Counted from the first letter of the stretch, positions 20,010-31,636 are shown. The stretch: 64,000 bases of DNA from an uncultured delta proteobacterium (GCA_963752595.1 CAVVYZ010000005.1:128001-192000), one strand, 5' to 3'. The notes: a model not told the origin generated them from the letters alone. Program-made: numbers and translations.

Positions 20010-20444
20010 TTACCGCTTGGTATGGCTCGGCTCAGATACCTTCTCGAGAACTTCCCCGCTCATTTCTTTTTTAGCGGAAGACTTTGTGGCAATATCACCG
20101 AGAGAAATGATTCCGACAGGCTTACCCGAGGTATCGGTAATTACGAGCCTGCGCACCTTGTTCTTTTTCATAGTTTGTGCGGCATCCCGGATATCGGTAT
20201 TTTCAGGGCAGGTGAGTACATGGCTGCTCATGACATCCCTGACTGCGGTCATGGAAGGGTCACGCTGTTCCGCGATGCCCCGCACGACGATATCCCGGTC
20301 CGTAACTACACCGACAACAGAGTTTTCCCGTGACACAGGCATGACGCCCACATCGAGGTCCTTCATTTTTTTCGCTGCATCCATCAGAGATGTATCAATT
20401 GATACCATCTCAGGATTCTTCGTCATGATCTCCTTTACCTGCAT
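20010..20444 (-). CDS. CBS-pair domain protein (Hrp1/YhcV-like)
   Basis: VKEIMT, GVVTDRDIVVR, VRRLV, GIISLGDIA. Confidence 0.92.
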   Translation of the reverse strand: MQVKEIMTKNPEMVSIDTSLMDAAKKMKDLDVGVMPVSRENSVVGVVTDRDIVVRGIAEQRDPSMTAVRDVMSSHVLTCPENTDIRDAAQTMKKNKVRRLVITDTSGKPVGIISLGDIATKSSAKKEMSGEVLEKVSEPSHTKR

Positions 20445-21110
20445 ACGATTTCTCCTTTCATCTTTTGTACCCCTGGAGGGAAGCCTTAAAAGGCACTAAT
20501 CCCTGTGCAGGCAGGCCAAGACAGCCATTGCCTGTTTTTGCCTGCCTCAAACGGATAATTACAATGCGGTTGGCACAAAGGTTTATGCATGCATGGAATT
20601 CAGCAGAATTGCATCTATCAAGGCCAGGCATTGTGTTTCACTCGATCAAGATATGTCTTTGAGAGTTAAGATAGGCCGGTTACCTTGCGATATCAACCTT
20701 TCAGGGCTCATAGAAGACTATGGCACAAAAGTCGGAAACCCTTCCTCTTGAAAAATATGATCGATCCATTAGAGAGAACGCCGAAAGTGCTTATTATATT
20801 TTTAGTCACCTATGAAAAAGGCGGAAGCCTTTGAGGGAATAGCCGGATCCTTTTCCCCTCATCTTGGCTGAATCCTCTCCACCCTAGAAAAAAGGGAGTT
20901 TTTTTTATTTGGAAAGTCAATTTTCGCAGAAATGTCAATATTTGGAAATAAAAGTAAAGAAACCTTATGAGCCGGATTACTAATTGCAACAACCTGCCCT
21001 TTCTATACAGTAGCTATCCTGAACAGCCCAAAGTCATCCTTGTATTTTTCCACGGAAAGAGTATGAAGGCTGCAAATAACATAAATTTTTCGATATTTGA
21101 GGGAAAGGGG

Positions 21111-21644
21111 ATGAATATGAAGGATAAGGCAATCGCTTACGCAGCTGCGATTTTGATGATTCTCACTCTCGTTGCAGCAGGTTGCGCCCCTAGACAACCG
21201 GCCGAACAGTCAGCCGAGGTGTCAGGTCCACAGGGAACAGTCGGAGGAACTCCGGCAGGTACGACACCTGGTCAGGCTCCTGATGGTACGATCTCTGCCC
21301 CCACCCAGAGCGGGTTCAACAAAATAGTCTATTTCGATTATGACAGTTATAATCTCAAGCCGGAGGCGAAGCAGGAACTTACCGAGCTTGTGAGCTATAT
21401 GAAGGCGAATTCCACCTTCAAAGTACAGATAGCCGGCAATTGCGATGAGAGAGGCACCAACGAATACAATGTCGCCCTGGGAGACAAGAGAGCAAGGGTT
21501 GTACAGGAATACTGCGTATCGTCAGGCATCGACCCGAAGAGGATCTCAACGATCAGCTACGGTGAAGAGAAGCCGTTACACCCTGGCCACAACGAGGAAG
21601 CCTGGTCAAAGAACCGCAGGGATGAGTTCGTATTCAGCAAGTAG
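21111..21644 (+). CDS. pal: Peptidoglycan-associated lipoprotein Pal-like
   Basis: Lipobox AAGC; VYFDYD, GNCDERGTNEYNVALGDKRA, SYGEEKP, KNRR. Confidence 0.88.
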   Translation: MNMKDKAIAYAAAILMILTLVAAGCAPRQPAEQSAEVSGPQGTVGGTPAGTTPGQAPDGTISAPTQSGFNKIVYFDYDSYNLKPEAKQELTELVSYMKANSTFKVQIAGNCDERGTNEYNVALGDKRARVVQEYCVSSGIDPKRISTISYGEEKPLHPGHNEEAWSKNRRDEFVFSK

Positions 21645-21723
21645 AGACGTAGCAAATAAGTGATGATTTTGCTGGTATTATCTGCTATTTAACTGGGCAG
21701 AAATAAATAAAATATAGGAGATA

Positions 21724-21999
21724 ATGAAAATGAAAAAGAGCTTTTTAACGGTTTGTTTTGTGTTATTGGTATTTGGGCTGATGTTCTCCCTTTCCAGCTG
21801 CCAGAAGAAGCAGGAAGCAGAAACCGGCCAGCCCGGCGTAGAGAGCACGGACACCGCAGCACCCGCTCCTGAAGCAACCCCTGCTCCGGCACCAGAGATG
21901 ACCCCGGCTCCTTCAACCGAGGCTCCGGCTCCTTCAACCGACACAGCAGCACCTGCTCCCGGCGCAACAGAAGTACCGGCACCTCCTGCCGCACAGTAA
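21724..21999 (+). CDS. Small Pro/Ala/Thr-rich lipoprotein
   Basis: AGGAG RBS; signal peptide with lipobox LSSC; PAP repeats including a 21-nt tandem DNA duplication. Confidence 0.75.
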   Translation: MKMKKSFLTVCFVLLVFGLMFSLSSCQKKQEAETGQPGVESTDTAAPAPEATPAPAPEMTPAPSTEAPAPSTDTAAPAPGATEVPAPPAAQ

Positions 22000-22017
22000 T
22001 TAGTTCGTTGGAGAAAA

Positions 22018-22063
22018 GGGTGGGTGCCGGGATAGCCGTCTTAGCTGTTTCCGGCACTTACCC
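22018..22063. terminator. Long hairpin between convergent genes
   Basis: GGGTGGGTGCCGGGATAGC...GCTGTTTCCGGCACTTACCC. Confidence 0.6.
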
Positions 22064-22136
22064 CTGTACTGAGCACATAACAAAGGGAAATCATCAGGAC
22101 CGACCAATTCCTTAAGCAAAAGAAGCTGAAATCAGC

Positions 22137-23512
22137 CTAGAACAGCCATCTGACCAACCCCATCTTGAACCGGTACGGGGTATAACGTAAGGGTATATCA
22201 TACTGCAGGGTGTTCCTTACGATGCTCTTGGTGTGGCTGAAGGTATCAAACCCGGCTTTACCCGTGATACAGTCCCATGCCGCTGTCGCCTACACCCCCA
22301 AATGGCAGCAGGGAAGGAGACGCCAGATGGACCATTGCGTCATTGATGCAGAATCCACCCGACGATGTCTCCTTCTTCGCCTGCTCCTGCTTTGGCCTGT
22401 CACGGGTAAAAAGATACAGGGCAAGGGGCTTGGGGCGAGAATTTACAAAATCCAGAGCTTCAGAAAACGTGTCGAAGGTAAACGCCGGCAGGATGGGGCC
22501 GAATATCTCTTCCTGCATGAGCGGCGAATCAACCGGTACGCCTTCCATTATGGTAGCCGCGATGTAGGGTTCCTTTTGAGAGGGCCTGTCCGCCTATGAC
22601 TATATCTCCCTGATCCATGAGGGCTCAAATCCGGTCGGAGTGTGACCTGTTGACGATTCGTGCTTAGTAGGGACTCTTTCTCGGGTCCTGCCGTATAACT
22701 TGATAACCGCCTTTTTGAGCGCATCTAGAAACGGCCCTTTGATTCCGTTGTCCACCAGGAGATAATCAGGGGCAACACATGTCTGCCCGGCATTGAAAAA
22801 TTTGGACCAGACAATCCTCCTGCTCGCATAATCGATCTGAATGTCCCTGTCCACGATACAGGGGCTCTTGCCTCCAAGCTTTAAGTGTTACCGGAGTGAG
22901 TGACGTGATGCAGCCTCCAGGCAATCTTTGCTACGCGTGCCCCGCCGGTGAAAAATATGTGATCGAAGCGGTGAGAGAAATTTCCCCGGCAACATCGGCC
23001 CTCGGGTTGCTACCGACACATAGCCGGGATCGACGTGTCTTGTTATGATATCTTCGAGGGCCCTTGCGGTATGGGGAGCAAGTTCCGAAGGCTTGAGAAG
23101 GACACAGTTTCCTGCGGCGATAGCGCTTACAAGCGTCACCATGGAGAGCATGAAGGTAGTTCCAAGAGGCTATTACCAGCACGATCCCCAGGGGCTCTGG
23201 AACGGTGAAACAGGATGACGGAAGGAGCGGAATAACAGTCCTGTGCCTGGAGCTGCCTTGCTCAGGAGGAAAGATTCCTGATTGCATGCGTGATTTCATT
23301 GAGCGTGATGGCTATATCACTTGCGTAAGCCTCAAGCTCGGGTTTGGCCATATCCTTCTTCTGGGCATCCAGGATGAAGCCTTTCTCTTTTTGTATGATG
23401 CTATGAAAGCAGCTTCAACTGCGACTTGCGGCTCTCCACATCCTTCGTAATACCTGTCCTGAAAAAAAAGTCTCTGCTTTTCAACAACCTCCGAAATCAT
23501 TGCAGACTCCAT
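22137..23512 (-). pseudogene. Aldehyde dehydrogenase (ALDH3/YwdH-like), heavily disrupted
   Basis: Fragments EPLGIVLVIASWNY, AGNCVLLKPSE, KFFNAGQTCVAPDY, EEIFGPILP, PFGGVGDSGMG in many frames; TGA at 23262-23264 where Trp is expected. Confidence 0.8.
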
Positions 23513-23693
23513 TGTTCTCTCCTCTCGTTTATCCTATAGATAATTATAGAAGGAGGGATATCCCGGTCTAAGTACAGGGAATTCCCATCATTCTAAGAAT
23601 CAGAAGATATTCGCCCTCCTATCGAAGGACGATATAATGCTCTTCCTTGACAATGGGGAGAAATAGAACAGCTCTTTGGATGATCGCAGGGGT

Positions 23694-24416
23694 ATGGTGA
23701 TGCATACATTCATCGGGACATCCGGGTGGAATTACGATCACTGGAAAGAACGCTTTTATCCTGCAGGATATCCCAAAGCCCGTTGGCTTGACTATTACAT
23801 GAATATCTTTTCAACTGTTGAAGTGAACGCAACCTTTTACCGGCAGATGAACACGGACACCTTTTTGAAGTGGCGGATGAAAGGCCCTGATGATTTCGTT
23901 TTCTCTCTCAAGGCAAACCGGTACATCACTCACATCATGAAACTGAAAAACGTGGAGGATTCCGTAAGGACCTTTATTTCATCCGTTTCCGTTCTCGGCC
24001 TTAAACTCGGGCCCCTCCTCTTCCAGCTTCCTCCTTCACTCGTTTTCGATGAAAACATACTTGAGACTTTTCTGGCCGTCCTGCCGGATGGTTACCGGTA
24101 CACGGTCGAGGCCAGACATAAGAGCTGGACCTCTACCGATGCCCTTTCTGTCCTTGGCAGGCATAATATTGCATGGTGCATTGCTGATACGGCCGGACGC
24201 TTCCCCTACCTGGAGGCCGTTACCGCCGATTTCGTCTACATCCGGCTCCATGGTTCGAAAAAGCTCTATGTATCTGATTATACCACAAATGAACTTGACG
24301 AATGGGCAGAGAAGATCAGGTCATGGGGCGTTGATGCATATGTTTATTTTGACAATGACTTTATGGCACATGCGCCCGGGAATGCATTGCAGCTCCGGGA
24401 AATTCTTAAACGATAA
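23694..24416 (+). CDS. DUF72 family protein
   Basis: IGTSGWNY, VEVNATFY, LFQLPP, YIRLHG, YFDND. Confidence 0.92.
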   Translation: MVMHTFIGTSGWNYDHWKERFYPAGYPKARWLDYYMNIFSTVEVNATFYRQMNTDTFLKWRMKGPDDFVFSLKANRYITHIMKLKNVEDSVRTFISSVSVLGLKLGPLLFQLPPSLVFDENILETFLAVLPDGYRYTVEARHKSWTSTDALSVLGRHNIAWCIADTAGRFPYLEAVTADFVYIRLHGSKKLYVSDYTTNELDEWAEKIRSWGVDAYVYFDNDFMAHAPGNALQLREILKR

Positions 24417-24478
24417 ATAAATCCTCAGCCAGAAAGGTCGCGTTGTATTTCAATGATCGATAGTTATTATTAAAGGCA

Positions 24479-25060
24479 ATGGAATCATTTAAATATTCGG
24501 AGGCAGTCACCATGAGAAAGATCCTTTTCTTATCTTTCCTGACAGGCCTGTTTCTCGTCTGTACGGTAAGCGGCCAGACCCTTGCAGCCTCAAAAAGGGG
24601 AAGAGTTATGGAAATACAGAGTTCGGCTTTTCATCAGGGGGGATTGATCCCTCCTCAATATACCTGTACCGGAAAGAACATATCACCTCCTCTCTCCTGG
24701 AAGGGGATTCCGGAAGGTACCAAAAGCATCGCGATCATAACCGACGATCCCGATGCACCCATGGGGACATGGGTACACTGGGTCTACTATGACATTCCTG
24801 ATCATGTTTCCGGCTTGCCGGAGCATGTACTCCAGGGGAAGAAGCCTTCCACCGGCGGTACGCAGGGCATGAACGATTCCCGCAATATCGGATACGACGG
24901 CCCCTGCCCTCCATCCGGAATCCACCGGTACTATTTCAAGGCCTATGCCCTCGATGCCATGCTCAATTTATCCCCGGGAGCGAGTAAAAGAGAGCTCCTC
25001 AATGCCATGCAGGGGCATATCCTCGGAGAAAGCGTACTCATGGGAAAGTACGGCAAATAG
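24479..25060 (+). CDS. YbhB/YbcL (PEBP / Raf kinase inhibitor-like) protein
   Basis: SPPLSW, DDPDAP.GTWVHW, GYDGPCPPSG.HRY; signal peptide-like N-terminus (start may be about 24512). Confidence 0.92.
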   Translation: MESFKYSEAVTMRKILFLSFLTGLFLVCTVSGQTLAASKRGRVMEIQSSAFHQGGLIPPQYTCTGKNISPPLSWKGIPEGTKSIAIITDDPDAPMGTWVHWVYYDIPDHVSGLPEHVLQGKKPSTGGTQGMNDSRNIGYDGPCPPSGIHRYYFKAYALDAMLNLSPGASKRELLNAMQGHILGESVLMGKYGK

Positions 25061-25109
25061 TACAATCGGCCGTGAAATACGAGCAGGGGCACAGCACCCC
25101 GGGGAAACT

Positions 25110-26023
25110 TTACCACTTGTTGTATCTCCAGAGGATCATGACACCGAGAGCTGAGAAAAATGCCATGGCCACGATGATCCAGAAGGCGAACGGATTATCG
25201 TGCAACGGGATGCCCACGTTCATGGAAAAGGCGCTCACCACGAAGGTGGGTATCATGATGCATATCGTGATGATGTTCAGGATTTGATGAGGATATTGAG
25301 ATTGTTGCTCACGATCGAGGCCCGGGCGTCCATGAGGCTCGCCAGGATGTTCGAATAGATCTCGGCCTGCCGGTAGCACTGGTTGTTCTCGATGAGAATG
25401 TCGTCGAGGAATTCGGTCTCCTCGGTGAGGAACCCTACTTTCGTGGCATAATTCTTCAGCTTTTCGATGACCACGGTGTTTGCATGGATGGCGTTCAGAT
25501 AGTATACGAGGCTTTTTTCCAGAGTGAACAGGTTGATAAGATAACGGTTCTCCATAGAAATGTTGATTTTCTGCTCCAGTTCATCCGTAACGAGGTTGAT
25601 GACCTTGAGATGCTCCATGAAATGATAAGCTGACCGGTTGATGAGCTTAAGAAAGAGGCCTCTCAAGGAGTAGATCCGGTTGAACTGTTTGCCCTCGAAG
25701 AGCGAAATATCCTCGGAAAGAATTACGATCAACTGATCCTTGAAAAGGAAAACTCCTGTGGAAACGACCCGGAAAGCGAATTCTTCATCACCTGAGTAGC
25801 TCTTGGGCATCTTGAAAATAAGGGCCAGATGGTCCGGTTCAAGCTCGATACGGGATATTTCGTCAGGGTCTAATGCGGAATTTAAGGTATGCTCGTCGAT
25901 CTTGAGCTCATCTACGAGGTAGCGCCGTTCTTCGATCTCCGGGTTGATGTACACCTGGATGGAACAATCGGAGTCATGGGACATGACGATTCTGTTGTCG
26001 CAGACTTTATATTTCCTAAGCAT
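25110..26023 (-). CDS. corA: CorA-family Mg2+/Co2+ transporter (frameshift near 25280)
   Basis: ALDPDEISRIE, LEKSLVYY, ASIVSNNLN, then TM helices with an SMNV signature (GMN variant). Confidence 0.88.
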
Positions 26024-26367
26024 CCTTCTTCCACCGTCTTTTCTCCAAAAGCGACTCAATCACTGGCATAATGACTATATTGAAGCCCCTGCAGCATTGA
26101 GGGGTTTCAACCCAAACTTTCCGTCTCGTGTCTAATCCGGGCTGTAATGACTAATACGAACAGACCTTTTCGCAATATGCCCGATTCCGCTGCCGGTCAA
26201 GCTAAAATAACAGATTCGTGTTTTTCCTTTCAGTAATATCCGACCTCTTCCTGCCGCTTCTATCGGTGGATCCAACAACTCGCGGGACTAAGCAGAAATC
26301 CTTTTTTTGCAATATTTTACCTTTTGCGATCTGGACATCGCTCTTATGAGGATTATCTTTACCAAGC

Positions 26368-27882
26368 ATGATTGCAAGTGTTCATTCAGCCTGTCTGTGG
26401 GGTACGGACGGCTTAAGTGTAATGGTGGAGGCCGATATTCAGGGAGGGATTCCGGGGTTTTCCATTGTGGGCCTGCCCGATAACGCGGTGAGAGAAAGCA
26501 GGGAGCGCATCCGGTCTGCGATCATAAATTCAGGGCTGGATTTCCCGCCCAGGCGTATTACGGTTAATCTTGCCCCTGCAGATCATAAGAAGGAAGGCGG
26601 CATCTTCGACCTGCCAATATGCATAGCCATCCTCGCGGCACTTGATGTTATTCCCCAGGATCGCATCGATGATATCATGTTCGTGGGCGAACTGGGCCTC
26701 AATGGCGGGGTGAGGCCGGTACGGGGTGCGATATCTTTTGCTTTCCTGGCAAAGCAGAAATCGTTCAGAGGCCTTATCTGCCCGGCAACGAATGCGAGAG
26801 AGGCTTCTTTGTCCGGCGTCTGTATATGGCCTGTCCGCGATCTCAAAGAGATTGTAGCCTTTCTCAAGTCCGATTTTCCAGACCCTTTCCTGACTGACAA
26901 GCCCATTACGGATTGCATCCACAAGCATCTCCTCGATCTCTCGGACATTACCGGTCAGGCCATGCCCAAGAGAGCCCTGGAGATCGCTGCTGCCGGTTCT
27001 CATAATCTTCTTTTCCTGGGACCTCCGGGGGCGGGCAAGTCAATGCTCGCAAAGCGCCTGCCTACAGTGCTTCCCGATCTCTCTCAAGACGAGGTCCTTG
27101 AATGCACCCGTATATACTCGGCTTCAGGGAGGCTCAAGAAGAACTCCATCGTAACCGGCCGGCCCTTCCGATGCCCTCACCATTCAATCTCGGACGCAGG
27201 TCTCATCGGCGGCGGATCGATTCCGGCCCCCGGGGAGGTCACCCTGTCTCATAACGGGGTGCTGTTCCTTGATGAGCTTGCGGAATTCAAGAGAGGTGCT
27301 CTTGAATCGCTCCGGCAGCCTCTTGAGGACGGTAATGTCACGATATCCAGGGCTCAAAGGGCGCTCACCTTCCCTGCCCGCTTCCAGCTGATTGCCGCCA
27401 TGAATCCCTGCCCATGCGGATTTCTCGGTCATCCCTCGAAAGAGTGCAGATGCACTCCCGCACAAGTTTCAAAATATCGGAGCCGTATCTCCGGCCCGCT
27501 CCTGGACAGGATCGATCTCCATGTCTGGGTTGACCCTGTGGATGCATCAAGTATCCTCTCTCCGAAACACACCTCTTCATCCTTGCCCGTACGAGACCGC
27601 ATAGCAAGAGCGCGGTCTGTCCAACAGGCAAGAGGGTTTCTGAATGCGCATATCCCCGAAGGGGAAATCGAGAAGATCTGTGAGATGGACTCGAAAAGCA
27701 AAAATCTCCTTATCAGTGCCATGAAGACCTGTAATTTGAGCATGAGGGGTTATAAGAGGGTTATTAAGGTCGCCCGGTCCATTGCGGATCTGGAAGGATC
27801 AGCTGCCATACGACAGGACCACCTGGCTGAGGCGCTTCAATACCGGCCCGAACTCGCAGATGCCGTATCACGAGGCCTCTGA
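26368..27882 (+). CDS. comM: YifB/ComM family Mg-chelatase-like AAA+ ATPase
   Basis: IVGLPD, ITVNLAPAD, GPPGAGKS, PHH, LFLDE, AMNPCPCG, SGPLLDRID. Confidence 0.93.
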   Translation: MIASVHSACLWGTDGLSVMVEADIQGGIPGFSIVGLPDNAVRESRERIRSAIINSGLDFPPRRITVNLAPADHKKEGGIFDLPICIAILAALDVIPQDRIDDIMFVGELGLNGGVRPVRGAISFAFLAKQKSFRGLICPATNAREASLSGVCIWPVRDLKEIVAFLKSDFPDPFLTDKPITDCIHKHLLDLSDITGQAMPKRALEIAAAGSHNLLFLGPPGAGKSMLAKRLPTVLPDLSQDEVLECTRIYSASGRLKKNSIVTGRPFRCPHHSISDAGLIGGGSIPAPGEVTLSHNGVLFLDELAEFKRGALESLRQPLEDGNVTISRAQRALTFPARFQLIAAMNPCPCGFLGHPSKECRCTPAQVSKYRSRISGPLLDRIDLHVWVDPVDASSILSPKHTSSSLPVRDRIARARSVQQARGFLNAHIPEGEIEKICEMDSKSKNLLISAMKTCNLSMRGYKRVIKVARSIADLEGSAAIRQDHLAEALQYRPELADAVSRGL

Positions 27883-27964
27883 GTTCCGAAGAGCCGCCCG
27901 AAACCGTCCCTGTATCCTTATCTCCTTTATCCATGCCATATCAGATATCCAGACCTGGAATGAT

Positions 27965-27992
27965 TAAACATTTCACGGTGATTAGACGATAC
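27965..27992 (+). promoter_or_regulatory. Putative sigma28 promoter of the hybrid kinase
   Basis: TAAA-N16-GACGATAC ending 18 nt before the ATG at 28011. Confidence 0.4.
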
Positions 27993-28010
27993 GGTTGCTT
28001 GTGGTGAACT

Positions 28011-30588
28011 ATGAAACATCTACACCACGAGAAGCAACATCATGGGAGATGTATGCCGGTGAAAAGCAACCGTTTCAAGGTGACCGATCATGTGATCGCA
28101 TTGGGGCTCATCCTTGCCGTTTTCTTTTGGATAGTCGAATCAACGGCACATGTCATCATTTCCAGAGACTGTGAACTCATCGGCGAAATATTCAATAAAG
28201 ATCCTCATGAAATATGGACACGTTCCATCTACTTTGCCACGATCATCCTCTTTGCATTATTAGCCCAGTATCTGTTATCCAGACAGAAGAAAATCGAAGT
28301 AGAGCTGAAGGAAAGTGAAGGGAAATACCGCACCTTTGTGGAAACGCTTACGGATATCGTCTTCACCCTGGACATAGAAGGCAGATTTACCTATCTCAAC
28401 CCCATGATTCAGACAGTTTCCGGCCATAGGCCTGAAGACCTCCTAGGAAGGTCATTCCAGGACATCCTGACGCCGGAGATCAAACAGTTCACCGTTGACA
28501 GGTTTAAAAAAGAAATGGCAGGCGAAGAGATCCCCCTGTACGAGATAGAGATTTTTGGGGCTGACGGACGGATAATACCCATGGAGATCAGCATGAGAAC
28601 CATGAGGGATTACAGTGATACGATCACGGGAAGGATAGGTGTTGCCAGAGATATCAGCCTTCGCAGGTCTGTGGAAACAGCCCTGAAGGAGACCGAAGAA
28701 AAGTTCAGGGTTCTGGCTGAATCAACGCCGACTGCCATTATGCTCTTCCAGGACGATACATGGATCTATGCGAACCCGGCCGCCGAGAAGATAAGCGGTT
28801 ACTCAATGGAAGAACTCCGCACCATGTATTTTTGGGAGATCGTACACCCTGATTTCAGATATCTGGTACAGGATCGGGCCGCAAGACGCCTGAAAGGACT
28901 CGCGCCGGTCAAGCGTTATGAGTTCAAGATCATTTCGAAAGAAAAAAAGAGATCTGGGTGGATCTCTCCGGTGCAACCATCATGCTCGACGGGCGGCCGG
29001 CTGGTATTATTTCCGCCTTCGATATCACCGAGAGAAAAAACTCTGAGCAGGCCCTCAAGGAAAGCGAAATCAAATACCGGACCATTCTCGAACGTATCGA
29101 GGAAGGATATTTTGAGCTTGACCTGAACGGGTATTTTACCTTCTTCAACAACTCCCTGTGCAAGATCCTTGAATATCCGAAAGAACACCTGATGGGTATG
29201 GATTACCGGGTACTCGTCCCGGCCGCGACAAGGAGGAAGATCTCCAGAACCGCCAGGGCGATCTACGATACGGGAAAGCAGCAGGAAATAATCAATTTTG
29301 AGGCAATCCGGGGAGACAAGAACATCGGCACACTCGAAATGTCGATCTCACTCATCCGTGATCAACTTGAAAATGCAGTCGGGTTCAGGGGAATCGTCCG
29401 GGATATCACTGATCGAAAGCGCCTTGAAGCTCAACTCCTGCAAGCCCAGAAGATGGAAGCCATCGGCACCCTTGCAGGCGGCATCGCCCATGATTTCAAC
29501 AATCTCCTTATGGCCATTCAGGGCAATACATCTCTCATGAGCATCGGTATGGATACCGATCACCCCCATTACAAGAGGGTCAAGCATATCGAACAATGCG
29601 TACAGAGCGGATCCGATCTGACCAGACAGCTGCTCGGCTTCGCCAGAGGCGGGAAATATGAGGTCAAGCCCGCAGATGTCAACTATATGATCCAGAAGAC
29701 TTCCGAAATGTTCGGGCAGACAAGAAAAGAGATACGAGTCCACAGGAAATACCAGGAAGATGCCTGGTGTGTGGAGGCTGACAAGGGGCAGATCGAGCAG
29801 GTACTGCTGAACCTTTACGTAAACGCATGGCAAGCCATGCCCGAGGGAGGAGATCTTTATATCGAGTCATGCAATATTACCCTTGATGAGAACGATGTCC
29901 GTACGCACGATACAAAGCCGGGTCCCTATGTGAGGATTTCCGTTACCGATACCGGTGTGGGAATGGATGAAAAGACCATGAGGAGGATCTTCGAGCCCTT
30001 CTTCACGCACCAAGGATATGTCCGGGGATCCGGTCTGGGCCTTGCCTCGGCCTACGGGATCGTCAAAAACCACGGAGGATTTATCACGGTCTCCAGCAAG
30101 AAAGACAAGGGGAGCACCTTCCATGTCAATCTGCCCGCCTCCGACAAGGTTGCTTCAGGCGAGGCCAAGGAAGGTTCCCAGAAGATGCTTCCAGGGACCG
30201 AGACCATCCTTCTGGTAGACGACGAGGACCATGATCATCGAGATCGGCAGCGAGCTCTTGAAACAGTTGGGCTATACGGTCAATGACAGCTTCCAGCGGC
30301 CAGGAGGCCCTTAAGATATTTACCGATCAGAAGGATACGGTGGACCTTGTTATCCTGGATATGATCATGCCCGGGCTTGGGGGCTCGGAGACGTTCGACC
30401 GGATCAGACAGGTCCGCAGTGACATCAAGGTGATCCTATCGAGCGGCTACAGCCTCAATGGTCACGCTGCAAAGATCTTGAACAAGGGATGCAACGGATT
30501 TATCCAGAAGCCCTTCGATATTGCAGCCTTTTCAAGGAAGATCCGCGAGGTTCTCGATTCACACCCTGCCGGAAACGATCTATCCTAG
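28011..30588 (+). CDS. Membrane multi-PAS hybrid sensor kinase/response regulator (frameshifts near the 28945 A-run and 30230-30285)
   Basis: Two TM helices, three PAS domains, AHDFNN H-box, HATPase, and a receiver (LLVDDE, DLVILDMIMP, QKPF) split over three ORFs. Confidence 0.88.
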
Positions 30589-30643
30589 AACGCGGCCAAG
30601 CTCCTCAGTTGTTGATACACAGTTCGTTTAAGGCCGAACCTGT

Positions 30644-31608
30644 CTACGATCCTTTGGCATCGTTCCAGAGGAACAGCTCGCTCACTGATTCATCATGATA
30701 GATCCGTTTGATTGCCTCTGCAAGGAGCGGTGCCACGCTCAAGACCTTATCTTCTTGCAGGTCTGCGGCTTCCCCCTTGAGCGGAATGGTATCCGTGACA
30801 ACCAGCTCTTCCAGAGGAGAAGCTGTGATCCTGTGGATGGCGGGACCTGAGAGCACAGGATGGGTACAGCAGGCAAGACCTTCACGGCGCCGGCATCTTT
30901 CAGATGCAACGGCGGCATTGGCAAGTGTCCCGGCAGTGTCTACCATATCGTCGACGAGCAGGCACACCTTGTCCTTTTACATCACCGATGATGTGCATGA
31001 CATCGGATTCGTTCGCCCTCTCCCGTTTTTTATCGATAATCGCCAGGTCTGCTTTCAGCGGTTTCGCATATGCACGGGCCCGCTCCACGCCTCCTGCATC
31101 CGGAGAGACCACGCAGAGGTGATCCATGAACTTGTCCTTGATATAGTTCAGCATGACAGGCTTTGCATACAGATTATCAACCGGGATATCGAAGAATCCC
31201 TGAATCTGGCCTGCATGGAGGTCCATGGTCAGCACCCTGTCCGCCCCTGCAGACCGTGAGCAGGTCTGCGATGAGCTTTGCCGTGATAGGAGTGCGGGGA
31301 GAAGCCTTCCGGTCCTGACGGGCATATCCGAAATAGGGAATGACTGCAGTGATCGTCTGGGCCGATGCGCGTTTGACCGCATCGAGCATGACCAGAAGCT
31401 CCATGAGATGCTCATTTGTAGGAGAACAGGTAGACTGGACAATGTAGATGTCTTTACCCCGGATGCTCTGGTGAATATCCACGGCTGTCTCGCCGTCGGA
31501 GAATTTCTTTACCTCGGCGCTCCCGATTTCGATGCCCAGAATAGTGCAAATGCTTTCCGCCAATTGCCTGTTGGAGTTACCGGAAAAGACACAGATGCTC
31601 GTCTCCAT
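30644..31608 (-). CDS. prs: Ribose-phosphate pyrophosphokinase (multiple indels)
   Basis: [47 protein letters not shown] across frames. Confidence 0.95.
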
Positions 31609-31636
31609 TTGACCACATTCTCCTTATTTGCTGATT

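Noticed and set aside
20765-20800. AGAGAGAACGCCGAAAGTGC as a glycine riboswitch fragment
   Set aside because: The downstream CUCUCAGG element and flanking stems are missing, and no glycine-related gene follows.
23262-23264. In-frame TGA at a Trp position in ALDH as stop-codon recoding
   Set aside because: Intact genes in the window end in TGA and use TGG for Trp, and this ALDH is disrupted in many other places.
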